In this document: piece after piece, positions 25,531 to 37,319 of the stretch
Position numbering within the stretch: position 1 is the first letter of the stretch
How the letters are laid out: every line of letters starts with the position of its first letter
NCBI GenBank assembly: GCA_028534125.1
Contig: CM052818.1
Span: 27,406,001 to 27,470,000 of the forward strand
From: Lama glama
Taxonomy: Eukaryota
DNA: 64,000 nucleotides
Direction: 5' to 3'
Made by a program: the position numbers and the translations under genes
Notes under the pieces: model-generated
The model's database searches: none
Told to the model about the DNA's origin: nothing
What the model saw: the letters and a program-made list of their open reading frames with translations, nothing else

Positions 25531-28500
25531 CTTGCTTCTTTTCTAGCATCTCAGGGCTCACTCTGCCTGAAGACTTTTGAGATGAAAAATGAAACACCTT
25601 CCTCCAAAAGCAAGGAACCCTGGGTTTTTTCATTTTTCTAATGCCAATACAGGAGTATTAACCCTTCCTGACCCCTCTTCTAAGTAATTAGTAAAAATTA
25701 AAAACCCATGGACTTTTCACTCCAAGTCCTACGTCACAGAGGGATGAGAGATCCTCTGTGGCTGGTGCACAACCAAAGGGCTTGGTGCGTCCCCTGGCCT
25801 CCTGCAGGTGCTCTCCGGGGCCTCACCTCAGAACCTCCACAAGAAGCCATCATCTCCAGTGACTGTGTTCCAGTGATTAGAAGGGAAACCATAACCTTCT
25901 AATGCCAATAGTTTCAGAAGACAACATTCTGTTCTTTGCTGTAAGTACCCACCACATATCCTCGGTTCTGCTCACTGCTCCATGAGAAGTGGGTGGGAGG
26001 AAACACTAAAATACCTGGGGAGAATAAAAGGGGTGTGTTTTGAAAGAGTTTCTGGACGGCAGTGGTGAAAACACAGAAAGTTCAGTTCCATAAACGTGAA
26101 GCCACTGAGTAAATAATCACCGAGGAGGGAAAAAAAAAGGGTGGTGCTTATCTGTGATGGCGATCACCTGGCTCTGACGCAACAAGGTTCTCAGAGCAAA
26201 GCCATTCAACAGTGTCCATTAGGTTCCAGATCTCTCTGTCCTCACTAACTGAGAGGTCTCCCATCCAGTCTTCTCCCTCAGGAGTTCAGAATTCAAACAT
26301 TTCTCTGGCTTCTAGGCTATTTACCTAGAGGCAGACAGCCTAACCAAGGCGCAGGCCACTTAGTAAGCTGCAAAGGGCAACAGGAAGACCCACAGATTGG
26401 TGGAAGTGGGAAAGGAGCTTGTACACTGGTCCCAGGGGCCAGAAAAACTTAGGTATCTGGCTCTAAGCTCAACTTTAAAACTCATGTAACCAAAAATATT
26501 TTTTTAAGGAATTCAATCAGATTTACTTCGTAACAATCCAAATGATGCTAAAAAGATGTCCAAGTGTACGTGCCAGACAATTCACAGGATCCAACTCTTC
26601 ACACCATTTAACCTTTCAGAAAATATTTTTTCTTCAATGTTCTTTCTATGGAGTAGATTGTTCATCCATGTATTTAATACACATTCAGTGAGAGCCTACT
26701 ATGTGCCATGGTGCTTTAAAAACCTATGGCAGAGAGCCACAATTTGGAAGAAGTCCATTTCTGCCCCTGATTTATCTAACTCATTTTGTGAACTGCAGTT
26801 AAAAACACCATTTTCCCCCCATAAAGCCAGTATGTGGAGTGATATAAATAAAAATTACTGCAGGTTGGCAAGTGGAGCAGTGTAATTTGTATTTAAATTA
26901 TGTCATCGAAAGCAGGTAGATTAGTCATGATAACATTTCTACACCATGCAGTATGTTTTCTCAGTATAGTCAACTAAATAAGAACTTTCAAAGAAGAGTT
27001 TTCATTAACAGATACAACCAGTAGGGGTCATTTTAGTGCAAAATTTGCAGCAAAAGAGACCTCAACTTGAATAAAATGTATCAATGCCCATTCCTGTTAG
27101 TTATGATAATCATGCGTGAATTTCTGAATAAAAATGGAAACTGAGGGGAATGTTTGGCCATTTAGAAATCTCTTGCCAAGTAACAGGAAAACAAAAGAGA
27201 AAGTCTGAACCCTCCAGATAATTACTGCCATGGAATGACTGACTCCTCTAATCCTTAAAAAGGAAGAAAAAAAAAGCTACTCATTTATGCTGTGTTTTCC
27301 ATAAATCTTGTAGTAAAGTGAAAACACCTGAAATTGTAGACATCCTATGGAAAATCTAAATTCAACTGTTACACCACTCCAGGTAACACTGTCCCTGTAA
27401 CATAGATTCATAGATTCATAGATTTAGAATGCAATTTAACTGCTGCTTTTAAAATTTAAAACAAAGTAAGATTTAAAAAAATGCCCTGAGCACACAATTT
27501 CAGTAGCTGAAAACAGACCAGCTAACTGGGAAGTGTTGCTAGAGAAAACTAAATGAGATACCATCATGGCAATAAACACTTCCAGCATTTTCAAGGCTAA
27601 TACTAAGTGCGTGGGGTGTTTCCAGAAGAAATGAAGCTATGAGGGATCACATCATTTCAGAGGAATGAGAAGCTCACCAACAAACTGCCAAAATAACTCT
27701 ATACTATGACACCGGAATGTTGTTGCCAAAACACTTGATTCCCGTGAATGTTCCCTGAGCACCACACTTCCTTCACCAGAAATCTATCACAAAGGAACAA
27801 AACAAAGGTTAGAGTCTTTAGACCCTTGCCAAGTCCTCAGAGCACAGCAGTTTCCACCACATTTAACCTTGTTTTAGTTGCTCGTGCTTTTTAGATTTAT
27901 GGGAGGCTGGCTTAAGCTAATTAGACACACAAGTGGCAGGATTCAGAGATGCATCTTTTGGTCCAACTCATTCAGGATTCCCAAAGTCGAACACATAAAA
28001 CTGTATCAGAAGTTAATCTCCTGGCTACTTTCCTTTTTGTAAGAAATAAAAACAGGATATAAAATGGGACTTGACACCAGGTGAGAGGCATTTGTACTTG
28101 AGGCAAACAAACTCTTCTAACCCAATGTCCTAAGGATGCTACAGTGCACTTCCCTCCAAGAGTCCCCTCTACTCATTACTGCCCACTAGCTTCCAAACCA
28201 GTAAGGCCTCCCTGATTTTCCAGAACTGTCCAAACTTTAAAAACTGCAAGTATCAATGAATACGCGTGTGTGTAAAGAAAATCACAGTATGGAAGCCTTT
28301 TAATAGACCCATTTTATCCTTAAGGTAGCTTCCTCCTTTCTCAGTATTCCAGCACAATAAACAAACACATACTCACGTAAGGATGTTTCAGAATAAACCC
28401 CTCCCTGGTCTCCGTAGTACCAGCTGTGAGTAATAAGGAAGGGAGCGGGGCAGAGGGCGCCTGTCCCTCCTCCTCGCCGTTCCTCCAGAAGTACAGCTGC

Positions 28501-29596
28501 TGCGCTCTGCTCATACACCAGGATGCCCCGGAACAGCATCATCGCCCCAACGTCAGCCCCAGCAGGGACCCCCCTTTTAACTGGTGCTGAGCCCTGCCCA
28601 TTAGCCAAATAAAAACAACTCATTGCCTCTCTGTAGACCCCACACCACACCAGGTACGCCGAGGCCAGCAGGCAGGGCTTAAGGCCGACACCCACCAACA
28701 GTGGTTCTCCCAACGAGGGAGGCTCCAATAATCTAATCTTTCTCCCTCCCGGACACCATGGTGCACCATACTTAGTGGAGAAACCAGCAGAACAATCCTC
28801 GCTATTAAACACATGAAAAGAAGGAACCGGCAACACGATTGGAAACACGGGGATATCTAATCTTAAAAAGCAGCTACTAATACGAACAACTTTTCACTCC
28901 CAGGTGCAAGCCCCTCGCCCCCCACCCCCACCCCTTCGTTCAGGAGAGAAAGCCTTTGGCCGTTTTCAATAGGCAAATAAATGAGTATCCACCGTATGTA
29001 ACTTCCCTCAGGCTGACATATTCCGGAGCTGAAATTGATTTATATGCGCAGGAGGAAGGGGGTGAAGGAAAAGCGCAAGGAAAAAATAATAAAAAGAGTC
29101 ACACACGGAGTGTGAGCTGGAGACACGTCTCCTCCGCCAGCTGAAAATGGACTTCGTAAACGCGGTGCAGCACTCGGTTCCACACTGCGCTAGTGCGGGG
29201 AGGGCGGCAGGGGCTGGACTCCCCGAGGGGCTCGCGACAGCCTCCGCAGTGCCCCCTGTCCGCGGCGCCCCCACTTCGGGGCGCACAGCCGGGCCACCCC
29301 ACCCAGCCCCAGCCTGATGGGCCACACGTGTGCGAGTCTGTGCGCTGCTGGGGGCGAGCCCCCACTCGCCGGCCCCCACCCACGAAATCCAACCTCGCCC
29401 GCGGCTCGCCAGGCGTCGGGGAGTGCTGAGACGGGGAACCGAAGGACGCAGGACTCCCTCCCGGGGGCGGCGGCCGCCCCTCCTCCCGCGGAGCCCTCTC
29501 TCCTCGGGAAAGTCTCGGCCAAACTTTGTTCGGCGCAGCCAGCGCCGAGGGGGCGGCGCGGGCCAGGTGGGAGGGGGCCCCGGCGGGCGGTCGTAC

Positions 29597-29927
29597 CTTC
29601 GCAGACGCCCACTTCGTACTCGGTGATGGAGTCGCCATTGAGCGGGGGGCGGATGACACAGCGCAGCCCCCGGTCGCAGGCTCCGTGGAGCCCGTAGGCG
29701 CCGCCGCAGCTCTCGTTCCTCTGGCGGGCGCACATGTAGCAGCAGCCGCAGACGCCCTGCACGATGCTCCCGGGGCAGCTCCTGGGCTCTTCGCACTTGG
29801 ACTCGTCGCAGGGCAGGCAGACCAGCGCCCGGGTGCCGGAGCGCGCCAGCAGCAGCAACAGCCCCAGCAGCGAGACCAGGAGGTGCCCGCAGCCGGCCAG
29901 CCCCCTGCCCCCCGCCACCAAGTACAT
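29597..29927 (-). CDS. CRIM1: CRIM1 coding exon 1 (signal peptide + IGFBP N-terminal domain); partial CDS, remaining exons lie outside the window to the left
   Basis: Translation MYLVAGGRGLAGCGHLLVSLLGLLLLLARSGTRALVCLPCDESKCEEPRSCPGSIVQGVCGCCYMCARQRNESCGGAYGLHGACDRGLRCVIRPPLNGDSITEYEVGVCE is recognisable as the CRIM1 N-terminus (hydrophobic signal peptide, CGCCxxC IGFBP motif, NES sequon). ATG = plus-strand CAT 29925-29927, context GGAGGATGT. Exon ends GAAG|GTACGA: 331 nt, phase 1. Confidence 0.97.
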
Positions 29928-30437
29928 CCTCCTGCGCCGCCGCCGCCTCCTCCTCGCAGCCGGGCCGGGAGCGGGGCGGGCGTCCTCCCCAGCGCGGGGC
30001 ACACGCGCCGCCGCCGCCGCACCCGCAGCCCGCTGTCCTCGCCGCCCCCCTCGGGGCCCCCGGGGCGCGCCTCCCCTCGCGGGGCGAGGCCCCCGCCCCC
30101 TCTGCGGGCCGCGCCGACCCCGAGCCCACTAGCGTTGGCGCCAGCGGTGGCTTCCCCTCCTCCTCCTCCTCCCAGGAGGGAGGGGGAAAAAGAAAAGTTT
30201 CCTCCCGGCAGCTCCGGTTCAACCCAAACTTCTGGCGGCGGCGGCTGCGCTCGGCTCCAGCCCCGGCTGGCGGCGCCTCCTCTCTCTCCTCCTCCGCGTC
30301 GGCCGGCCCCGCGGCGGTGGCGGTGGCGGCGGCGGCGCAGCCTCCGGGCCGGTCCCCGCCTCCCGAGCCGCCGAGTGGGCGCGGTGGCGCAGCAGAAGGT
30401 CCGCGGCGTCCGCTCCGCGAGCCCGGCTCGCCTCACT
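29928..30437 (-). other. CRIM1: CRIM1 5' UTR (GC-rich, ~510 nt; TSS inferred)
   Basis: Lies between the inferred TSS (~30 nt downstream of CATAAA at 30468-30463) and the ATG. No upstream ATG seen. Contains GCG/CCG/GAG triplet runs. Confidence 0.6.
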
Positions 30438-30680
30438 CCTGCTCCGCTCCTCCGGGGGCTTGTTTATGGCTCGAGCCTCCGCCGCTCCGGCTGCGCCCTC
30501 CCCCATCCTACCTCATTCCCCAGCCCGCGCCCCCCCCCCTCCGCGCGCCGCTCATTGGCTGCCCCCCCACCCCTCCCGGCCCGGCCGGCCCCCTCCCCCT
30601 CCCCCGCCCTCCCTCCCCGGCGGCCGGGCCCTTCCTCCCTCGCACGCCTCCTCCTCCTCCCCTCCTCCTCCTGCGCCTCC
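30437..30680 (-). promoter_or_regulatory. CRIM1 core/proximal promoter: TATA-like CATAAA, CCAAT box, GC boxes
   Basis: Minus strand: GCCATAAACA (30470-30461), AGCCAATGAG (CCAAT 30558-30554), GGGCGGGG near 30601-30609, and long G-runs 30520-30670. Order and spacing fit transcription toward the CRIM1 ATG. Confidence 0.65.
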
Positions 30681-30699
30681 CGGAGCCCCGCGCACCAAG

Positions 30700-31470
30700 C
30701 CGGCCCTGGGGCCGAGTCTTTGCGCGCCTCTCTGGCTCGGGCATCGCCGGCGCGCTGCGGCTCGGGGTTCAGGGTTCACCCGGCGAGTCGCGGGATCTCG
30801 AGCGCCCGCCGGCCCCGGGGCCACCGTGGCTGGCCTGAGAGCCCCGAATGCGAGACGGCTGTACCTCCTGGCCGGTTTTGAGTTCGGAGAGTGGCGGGGA
30901 CCCCCGGAGCTCGGGGCCGAAGGGATTGCTGCAGCCCTGGCTGGAGCACCCGCTGGCTGGAAAGGGAAGCACATGCATGGAACCTCCGCAAAACTGGATG
31001 AGAATCCATCTTCCACTTGAGCTGGGAATAGACTTTATAAAAGATATTATGTAATGGAGTCTCGGGAAGCTCGAGACGCCTCCAGCGAAGCTGCTGGTGA
31101 ATTAATTAAGTGCTTTAAACGGTCTAGGTAAATATTCCGGGGGGTGGGGTGGAGAGGAATGTTTGGGACCACTGTAGCTTGAGGTGAATTTTAACTGTCC
31201 ACATCATATATGTTTTGTCGCTCTGCCATCTCTGCCGAGGTGCTATATTATGGGAGGGGGCGAATGCAAAGTGGAGGTGATTTTTTCTCCCTTGAGTAAG
31301 ACCGGGTTACTACAAGTCTTGACATGACTGGACCGGCATATCTCATGCATCATTAATGTCATCTGACATTGCCCTTTTCTTTCCCAAGCGCACGGACAAA
31401 AGTGGGTTTTAATTTTTTTCATTTATTGTAAATGGATTAATAAAGAAGTTGTGGGGTATATATTCTTTGT
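30700..31470 (+). ncRNA. Probable divergent lncRNA (CRIM1-DT-like); ends inferred
   Basis: Repeat-free sequence running out of the CpG island on +, with AATAAA at 31439-31444 followed by a G/T-rich tract. Human has a short divergent transcript at this position. Expression here is not shown by the sequence. Confidence 0.45.
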
Positions 31471-34042
31471 GTTAAACCAGGTGAAGAAGCAGCTGAAGTG
31501 ATGCAGAATGCATTGTGTGAGGATTGTTTCTCTTCTGTAGCTGTCAGAAAATGTTCTCGAAATGATAGGCTCTGTAACGGTCCAAGATAAAATTAGTGAA
31601 TTAACAAGAAGTGACTTGGATCAGTGTGAAAAAAAAATCAGATCTTGTGGCAGGTGTGAGATGGGAGTGGCCGGCCGACCTTTTGATCCAAGATGGTCTG
31701 GCTGCAGGAAGGTGGCAACTTAAGTGGATCTGAAAATCATGACTAACGAACCCAAAGTTAATAACAGGGCAGCGTAAGGAGAAAGGAAACAAAGATGTCA
31801 TTGAAATCCTCTGTTTGTGGAACAAATTTATACTTAAAATATTTTGGTTTAGCCACCCTAATCCTGAATCGAAAAGCCAAAGTTACCAGTGGAATATTCC
31901 CCAGTCACTGGCATCAGAAAACTGAACATTTCTCCAATCATATTTCTTGGTCCTGAGGAGAGGAAGAGGCTCATTAATTATCACTGATTATCAGAGGATA
32001 ATAGAGAAAACGTTCAACAGGGAAAAGGGGGAGTGAGCATCCCATTTTCTGGAAGCACTTAAAGAATTGTTGAGATGACTAGTTTTCAGGGATGTTGTAG
32101 AGACAGTTCCTGCAATTGTGTAGGAAGTCAGGTTAGATGATCTACAAAGGACCTCATACCCTAAGATTCTAAAATTATAAGTATTAAGTGGTAAAATCAT
32201 TTAAAATATGCTACATTTTCTATTAGCAAATTCAAGAAAAATAAAACATACAATACTGTTAAACATGTTTGTTTCTTGTAACCCAACAAGGCACTAGCAT
32301 TCCACTGAGGGATTTGCCAACAAACTGTCATCATTAAGCTGTGTTAAAAGGCCCTTTCCACTCTTGCAGAGGAGGTTATCTATATTTCTGTTCAAATGCA
32401 AGTATAAAGACGTTATTAAAATGTAGCAGATAACATTGTAGGACTCAACAGGAAAAGCCAAGGTCAGGTGATGGAAAAAAACACAGAAGTGAGAAAGCCA
32501 CTGTAGGGTGAAAAAAAGAGTAATAATCATTGCCCTGGTCTTGCTTTTTTGTTTACTTTATTTTAAAGGCAATATATTAAAGATTAGGGAAAGCTAGAGA
32601 TTGAACACAGGCAAGGGACAATGTGGAGGTCAACATCCATCATTCCTGGAACTCTAGAGGTAGAACCTCTTGGAAAGTACACATGAGGTGACAAAAGCTG
32701 ACTTCTCATGGGAATTCAGGTCAATCTTAGAAAGGACTGCAGAGATTCTTAAGACTAAGATGGATGTAACAGCTGAGAAAATTCAAATGGCATGTGGTCC
32801 TTTGCTATAGAATTAAGAGAAAAACAAAGGAGAAAATAAGAATCTTTCCTTGAATCCTGTAACTAGTAGCAAAGAAGAAACCTACAAGGGCCTGACAGCT
32901 TATCTGAAACCAGTGTGTCAACTAGGGGCTCAGTTACGAAATAGCTGTTCCTTCCCTGGGACTCAGGAGGGACCACAAGGTGGCCAAGAGCCAAGACAGG
33001 GAGACTGGGGCTCAAACACAAAGGGATTCCCTCATCTTCAGACATCAGACTAAGGATACAGAAGAGAGGATGGATGGGCCCAACATGATGACAACAGAGG
33101 GTCAAGGGAGAAAGGAGACTGGCAAAGTATTACATAGACCCTGAAAGGCACGGACGAATGTAAGAGTTAGGGTCATACATGGAGAATGGTTTAATGCCTC
33201 CTCTTCTGGAAAGTGTCGTGAGCTTATTCCCTTATCTGTTCTATAGCATTTTGTAAGTACCTCTGCTTGTGGCACTTATCATATTAGATTACAAATGTTG
33301 ATATACATACATAAAATATATTTTAAAAATATGTTATATTATAAATCTTTCTCTAAATAGCTCTGATTGACCCCATTACATTGTCAGTTCATTGGATGGG
33401 CCAGGACTTATAAGAATGCATGCATGCAGGAGTGAGTTGCAAAAGGGAGGGATGGAAGAAAGATATTTAAATAAAAAGACATTTGAACATTCCTATCTGT
33501 GGCCCTTCTCTCTCAGGTTTTAGTAACTGCCTCTAAAAATAAGTACTTGAAAGGGCTCCTTGGGGCAGGAGAGAGTCTTTCAAACTGGCGGAGGGCGGGA
33601 GAGGTACACCTCAGAGGTCTGAAAGGAAAAGGAATCAGAACCTAGCGTTGGTGGAGGTCTGGAAGAAGAGACAGTCTGCCCTCTATTGGCTATTGAGGGG
33701 TTTGGATGGGAGGGGTTTGCTAAATTGTTGAAAATGTCTGAAAATCACAGTGCCCAGCTGGGGGCCTAGCAGCCTAGCAGAAAGTGGAAATGAGAGGGCG
33801 GGAGATTGCTAGTGTCAGAGCCCTCGTCCCTGATTCAATGCCTGGCCTAGCCTCTCTCCTGTAGTCACACGCTGGGAGGTGCATGCTGTTCGTGTTTTCT
33901 CTTCTTGAAATGAAAATAGAAATGTAGAAGGTATCTTTTGAGTCAGATACACAGATTCTTAGAATTGAGTTGCCAAAAAAAAAAAAAAGTCTTGTTTTAT
34001 AAAGATGTTTCATAGACACTAGAAAGATCTATGAAGAAAAAT

Positions 34043-34200
34043 GGGGGAAGGTATAGCTCAGTGGTAGAGTGGGTACTTAGCATACATGAGGTCCTGGGTT
34101 CAATCCCCAGTACCTCCATCAAAATAAATTAATAAATAAAACTAATAACGTCCCCCCTCAAAAAATATTGAAAGAAAGAAAGAAAAGGAAAGGAAAGAAA
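34043..34200 (+). mobile_element. Camelid tRNA-derived SINE (Vic-1 type)
   Basis: GGGGGAAGGTATAGCTCAGTGGTAGAG...GGTCCTGGGTTCAATCCCCAGTACCTCC, AT-rich spacer, C-run, A/GAAA tail. Confidence 0.9.
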
Positions 34201-34914
34201 TAAACCAGGACAAGTCTGGCTCCTTTCACCCTCGTCCCCCCATCTCTTTGCTCCACCCCTCAGCTAGGGTCACCTATACATGGATTCTCACTTTCTAGGC
34301 TTGGACCATTTCAGTGAGACAGGGGGATCCCTAGTTTGGGGGCTCAGACATCTGATCTTGGACTCCGGATCTGGTCATTGGACTCCTTTTTCCTAAGGAG
34401 GGTTCTTGTCTTACCTGCCTCGATGAGGGCCAACAGCTGCTCCAGAGCTGGCACGGCTGAGCACAGAATACAGGTTCTCTTTAAGGTTTGGTCTAGGTGC
34501 TGTCTCCCACCACCCCCTGCCCTTGGCGATGCACACACAATTCTGAACAAAGTATTCATCCTTTCTGAATCTGTTCCCTCCCTTACAAAGTGGAGACCAG
34601 AATGCAGAGGACCAACCACACACTGTACCGCGTGGATAAAATGGGTGTTCTCCTTTTCTATTGTTATTTTTAGAGTCCTTCTCTTTGAGTGCCTCCTCAA
34701 GTTCTGTGCTTGAGCCGGAATCCCTGCTCTGCGATCTCTCAACACCTATTCCTATGCAGCATCTGCCTGACCAGATATTTGGTTTTTTCCTTCTTAGGAT
34801 CGTTAAGATGGTCCCACTTTGGCAGTCTGTCTACTCATGGGGTTGTCGCGTATGTGATATTTTCTGGGACCCATTCGGGTCTAAGACTTATTTTCAAGGG
34901 TAGTCATTACTAAT

Positions 34915-35560
34915 AGTGATAATAATAATTGCTAACCTTTATTGAGGGCTTGCTAATAAGCCCTTCATATGGCTTATTTTAAGTAATGTACAGAGTAGCC
35001 CTGTAAGGCCAATGCCTTACAGTATCTTCTGTCATCTACGCTTGAGAGTTGAGGAATCAGAGGCACAGGAGGTTGTGTGATTTGCAAGGTCTCAGAGCTC
35101 TGTGAGCGGCTTTCCGGTTTGGAACCTAGTGTATTTAGCTGCCTCGTGCAGTAAATTGGGGAATGGGAAGTTGCTTTTCTTTTCAGTGTTATTGTTTTAT
35201 GTGGACCTACTTTCAAACTGTTAATATCTACGACAGTATCTTGCCTTCTTCGCTAATTTGCATATGAAAAGTTAAAGTAGTGATTAGCATTTTCCTCAAA
35301 ATGGAAATAGCTCCATTGTTTTCCTAATTACTGAAAAACAAAATTCATGTGGTGTTTACTATGTGCATATTGACTAATTACTGGGTTTATTACCTATTCT
35401 AATCCTCACTAGGTAGGAACATAATTACTTGCATTTTACAGATGGGGAACCAGAGGTACAGAAAGGTTAAATAAGATGCCCAATGTCATACTTATTTAAA
35501 AGAAAAATTGGGATTCAAAACCAGGCAGTATGGCTCCAGAATCCATGTTATGCAATCCTC
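34915..35560 (-). mobile_element. Two MIR SINEs (~34915-35140 and ~35350-35560)
   Basis: GAGGAATCAGAGGCACAGGAGGTTGTGTGATTTGCAAGGTC and CATTTTACAGATGGGGAACCAGAGGTACAGAAAGGTTAAATAA...GGGATTCAAAACCAGGCAGT. Confidence 0.7.
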
Positions 35561-35569
35561 CTCCTAATA

Positions 35570-36150
35570 TATATTCTCTACAAATACATGCGTATTGGTG
35601 GCAGGTCGGGGGGCAGGGAGTAAGAAAATATAAGCAAGGTTTTTTAAAAAAGAAAGAAAGAAGCATTACTCATAATCCTACCATTGAGCTATTAACCACT
35701 AATAACATTTGTTATACATCCTGACGGCTTCTTTTCCCCTATAAAGTATAAAACAAAAGGTGGACTATTCATTCTAATTTATAATTCATTGCTTTTTCAC
35801 TTAACCATATACATAGCATCTTGATCTTGAGGACTGATAACTTTGTACCACTGGATTCATTTGACTGAATGGGTGTACTATATTATATTTAATCATGCTA
35901 CATTAATATACTTTCAGGGCTTTTTGTTTGTTTGTTGCGTATTTTCACTGTCATAAACAAAGCTACAGCGGATTCCCATTTAGCCAAATTTTCCAATTGT
36001 TCAGTGATTTTCTTTGGCCAATTCTGAAAGCAGAATTGTTAATGTGGGTCCAGAAGTATGCTTTTTTTCACATGCATAGCCAGATTATCTCTTGCAAACT
36101 CTTATCTGCACACATTCCCTCCAACACTTAGAGTGCTCATCTCCCCGGTG
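35570..36150 (-). mobile_element. Ancient L1 (L1ME-like) 3' fragment
   Basis: TTGCTTTTTCACTTAAC...TATATTTAATCAT...CATAAACAAAGCTAC...CATTCCCTCCAACAC motifs. Confidence 0.55.
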
Positions 36151-37029
36151 CAGAGGGCCTTCGGGTTAACAACTGCTGCTTGGAAGCACATTGCATTATA
36201 AAGCTTTTTTTTTAAGAAACAACCTTAAAAATTTTTTTTGCATTCATTATTTTACTAGATCCTTTAAAATGTTCAACATTTGGAGGTTTTAACTATATCA
36301 GATATTTTAACCCTACAAATTACCAAATCATGTAACCTGGTAAATTGTATGCAGTAGGATTTTTAGGGAAAGTGTTGTCCTTAATTAAAAAATTTCTCCC
36401 AAGGAAGGAGTGCTTTTATGAAACTGAACTAATGAAGGGAATAAATGATTGAGACCCCTACAAAAGATGAGGCTATTTTAATGGATATTCTGTGCTTGTG
36501 GGCATTCTTCTCAATAGCTGGAAAAAAACCAAGCATAAGAAAATTGAGAAGAGAGGGCCCAGCCCTGCAGTATAACGAGGAGGAGGGATTTCTACCTACT
36601 ACAGCACCACCCACCTCTCTGTCTTCTCCATCTTCGCAGCTGCCTGTCTGACTCCTTGGTTTCAATGCCTGAAGATTCGTAGATCCAAATTGCAGACACT
36701 TTTCCCCAAATCAAAATGGCATCTATGATAAGAAACACAATTACATTTTTTTCAACAATGATCTCATTACTCAATATGTTCTTAAAATGTTTATTTTGTA
36801 ATTGCCTTCTATAGTCTCAGGAGAAAAAAAAGCTCATTGTTTAATCATCATATATTTGACCCAACATATTATAACTCAAGTAGATTATCTTCTTCATTCA
36901 TCAGACTTGGCTCTGACTTTTTACAATCTTCATCAAATTCATCCTCTGAGGATGGAGATTTGCTGTGAATATTTAAAAGAACCAACAAATGTTCTAGAGA
37001 AAATTTTTTTAAAAGAGTTTAAAAAATGG

Positions 37030-37116
37030 TGATCATTTCATAATAGACACAAATATATCGTTATGTTGTACACCTGAAACTAATATAAAATTATATGTCA
37101 ATTATATCTCAATAAA
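37030..37116 (+). mobile_element. Short L1 3' terminal fragment
   Basis: TATGTTGTACACCTGAAACTAATATAAAATTATATGTCAATTATATCTCAATAAA is a typical L1 terminus. Confidence 0.75.
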
Positions 37117-37319
37117 GAAATGGCAGGCATTGGTTTTCATGCAACAAGCATACAGTTTTTCTAAGTAACTGCTGGCAAAGAGACATCATTCATTCGAATG
37201 TAAATTCTGATATGATAATGTTCAACAGAACACTGATTTTTTTATATTCATAGCCTATATATCAGACAGCTGTTTTGTCATTGAAATAAGAATTTATTAC
37301 CTATTTTCTGGGGAAAATG

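Larger units (their letters stand above)
1..29596 (-). other. CRIM1: CRIM1 intron 1 (partial; acceptor not in window)
   Basis: Starts at the GT donor 29596-29595. I found no sequence encoding the expected exon-2 peptide (DENW...) on the minus strand. A long first intron is known for mammalian CRIM1. Confidence 0.88.
29150..30950. promoter_or_regulatory. CpG island covering the CRIM1 promoter, exon 1 and start of intron 1
   Basis: Abrupt switch to very high G+C with dense CG dinucleotides, against CpG-depleted flanks. Confidence 0.95.

Noticed and set aside
27080..27725. TEAD GGAATG/CATTCC motifs (CRIM1 is a reported YAP/TAZ target)
   Set aside because: Three 6-mers over ~640 bp is not clearly above chance without ChIP data.
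28300..28848. 182-aa sense ORF in intron 1
   Set aside because: GTG start, no recognisable domain, GC-shore composition.
29008..31020. Long ORFs (404, 445, 451, 186, 173 aa) over the CpG island as independent genes
   Set aside because: Low-complexity Gly/Arg/Pro/Ala translations, mostly GTG/TTG starts, expected from stop-codon depletion in GC-rich DNA. Only the CRIM1 frame has a recognisable domain.
34043..34118. tRNA-Ala-like gene (also at 20.1, 39.8 and 63.3 kb)
   Set aside because: Diverged copies with AT-rich tails and, in some cases, TSDs: tRNA-derived SINEs, not tRNA genes.
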